Shown piece by piece: positions 63,613 through 64,000 of a DNA stretch of 64,000 nt (positions are counted from its first letter, which is position 1; every line of letters begins with the position of its first letter). The notes beneath the pieces were generated by a model. The model was not told where the DNA came from. It made no database searches and worked only from the letters and a program-made list of their open reading frames with translations. The stretch spans positions 94,100-158,099 of the forward strand of contig JBAXRQ010000002.1 in NCBI GenBank assembly GCA_037131105.1, given 5' to 3'. Source of the DNA: a bacterium. GTDB lineage: Bacteria > Patescibacteriota > UBA1384 > CAILIB01. Both the position numbers and the translations under genes were made by a program.

Positions 63613-64000
63613 TTAATTACCGCCGCCGCGCATGGCGAGCAGCTGCTTTGGATCGGTGGTAATGATCTGGTCTTCAGTGTAGGAGGCAGTAATCTTGATA
63701 GCTACGTGGTTCAGTCCGGCGAAGAAGAGGCCTTCCCCTACCGCTGCATTGAGCAGCAGATACTTTTCCTGTTCGGTCAGGTTGAATACGTTCGAGATCA
63801 CGTCAATGGATGAGGTGGACTGCTTCAGGAGTACCTGCATCGATGAGTTCGACACCACCGCCTTTCCGTACTTATTGGAGAGGAAGTCCTCAACGTCCTG
63901 GGAGATGATGGTAAGACCGAGGAAATACTTACGGGCGCGCTTGGCTAGACCGTACAGGAAGCGGGCCGAGTCCTCGTACTGCATCATCCACCAGGCTTCA
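63613..64000 (-). CDS. VirB4/TrbE/CagE-family conjugation (T4SS) ATPase, C-terminal fragment. The gene continues beyond the right edge of the window.
   Basis: ARKYFLGLTIISQDVEDFLSNKYGKAVVSNSSMQVLLKQ matches the VirB4 C-terminal block (ARKYg.s..laTQs..Dfl.s…ai.eNs.tki.L.q), followed by …LTEQEKYLLLNAAVGEGLF…. The reading frame is open to position 64000. Confidence 0.7.
   Translation of the reverse strand, partial: EAWWMMQYEDSARFLYGLAKRARKYFLGLTIISQDVEDFLSNKYGKAVVSNSSMQVLLKQSTSSIDVISNVFNLTEQEKYLLLNAAVGEGLFFAGLNHVAIKITASYTEDQIITTDPKQLLAMRGGGN

Noticed and set aside
1-64000. Diversity-generating retroelement / reverse transcriptase.
   Set aside because: No ORF with RT motifs (YxDD with flanking fingers/palm blocks) was seen in any frame. 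The repeats found are not template/variable-repeat pairs adjacent to a target gene.

Overview
This 64 kb window reads as a gene-dense bacterial chromosome segment, about 55-60% GC by eye, using standard genetic code. It contains the replication-origin neighbourhood. On the minus strand lie dnaA, a small DUF370-like ORF, dnaN and recF. On the plus strand lie rpmH, rnpA, yidD and yidC, followed by tRNA-Ser(CGA). Consensus DnaA boxes (TTATCCACA) flank dnaA on both sides. Housekeeping genes include secA, serS, lysS, alaS (short form), greA, ndk, ftsA, ruvX, mltG, mreBCD with PBP2, UDG, rnj, a Pif1-like helicase, an M16 peptidase, and a MraY/WecA-like glycosyltransferase. The rightmost ~15 kb (48.9-64.0 kb) is one co-directional minus-strand operon: a partial VirB4-like conjugation ATPase, a transmembrane cell-wall hydrolase, two TolB-like beta-propeller membrane proteins, a VirB2-like small membrane protein, a C39-like peptidase, a 2315-aa surface protein and a PilB/GspE-family ATPase. 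I read this as a T4SS/pilus-like surface apparatus and rate it the most interesting system in the window. Other notable items: a family of ~100-bp palindromic repeats with covarying hairpins clustered beside oriC, with a further copy at 8.46 kb; two tandem ~100-nt structured repeats between an RRM protein gene and pilB; a candidate RNase P RNA directly upstream of secA; partial 3'-end copies of tRNA-Ser downstream of the tRNA; a MEMO-like/CapA fusion protein; and a PIN/RHH toxin-antitoxin pair plus a P-loop kinase between dnaA and rpmH. Two real genes are absent from the ORF track: rpmH (52 aa) and a partial minus-strand surface-protein gene that runs off the left edge (1..1682). Small proteomes, many bitopic surface proteins and low-complexity extensions suggest a Patescibacteria/CPR-like episymbiont, but that lineage call is inference only. 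All assignments rest on motifs I recognise by eye; no searches were run.
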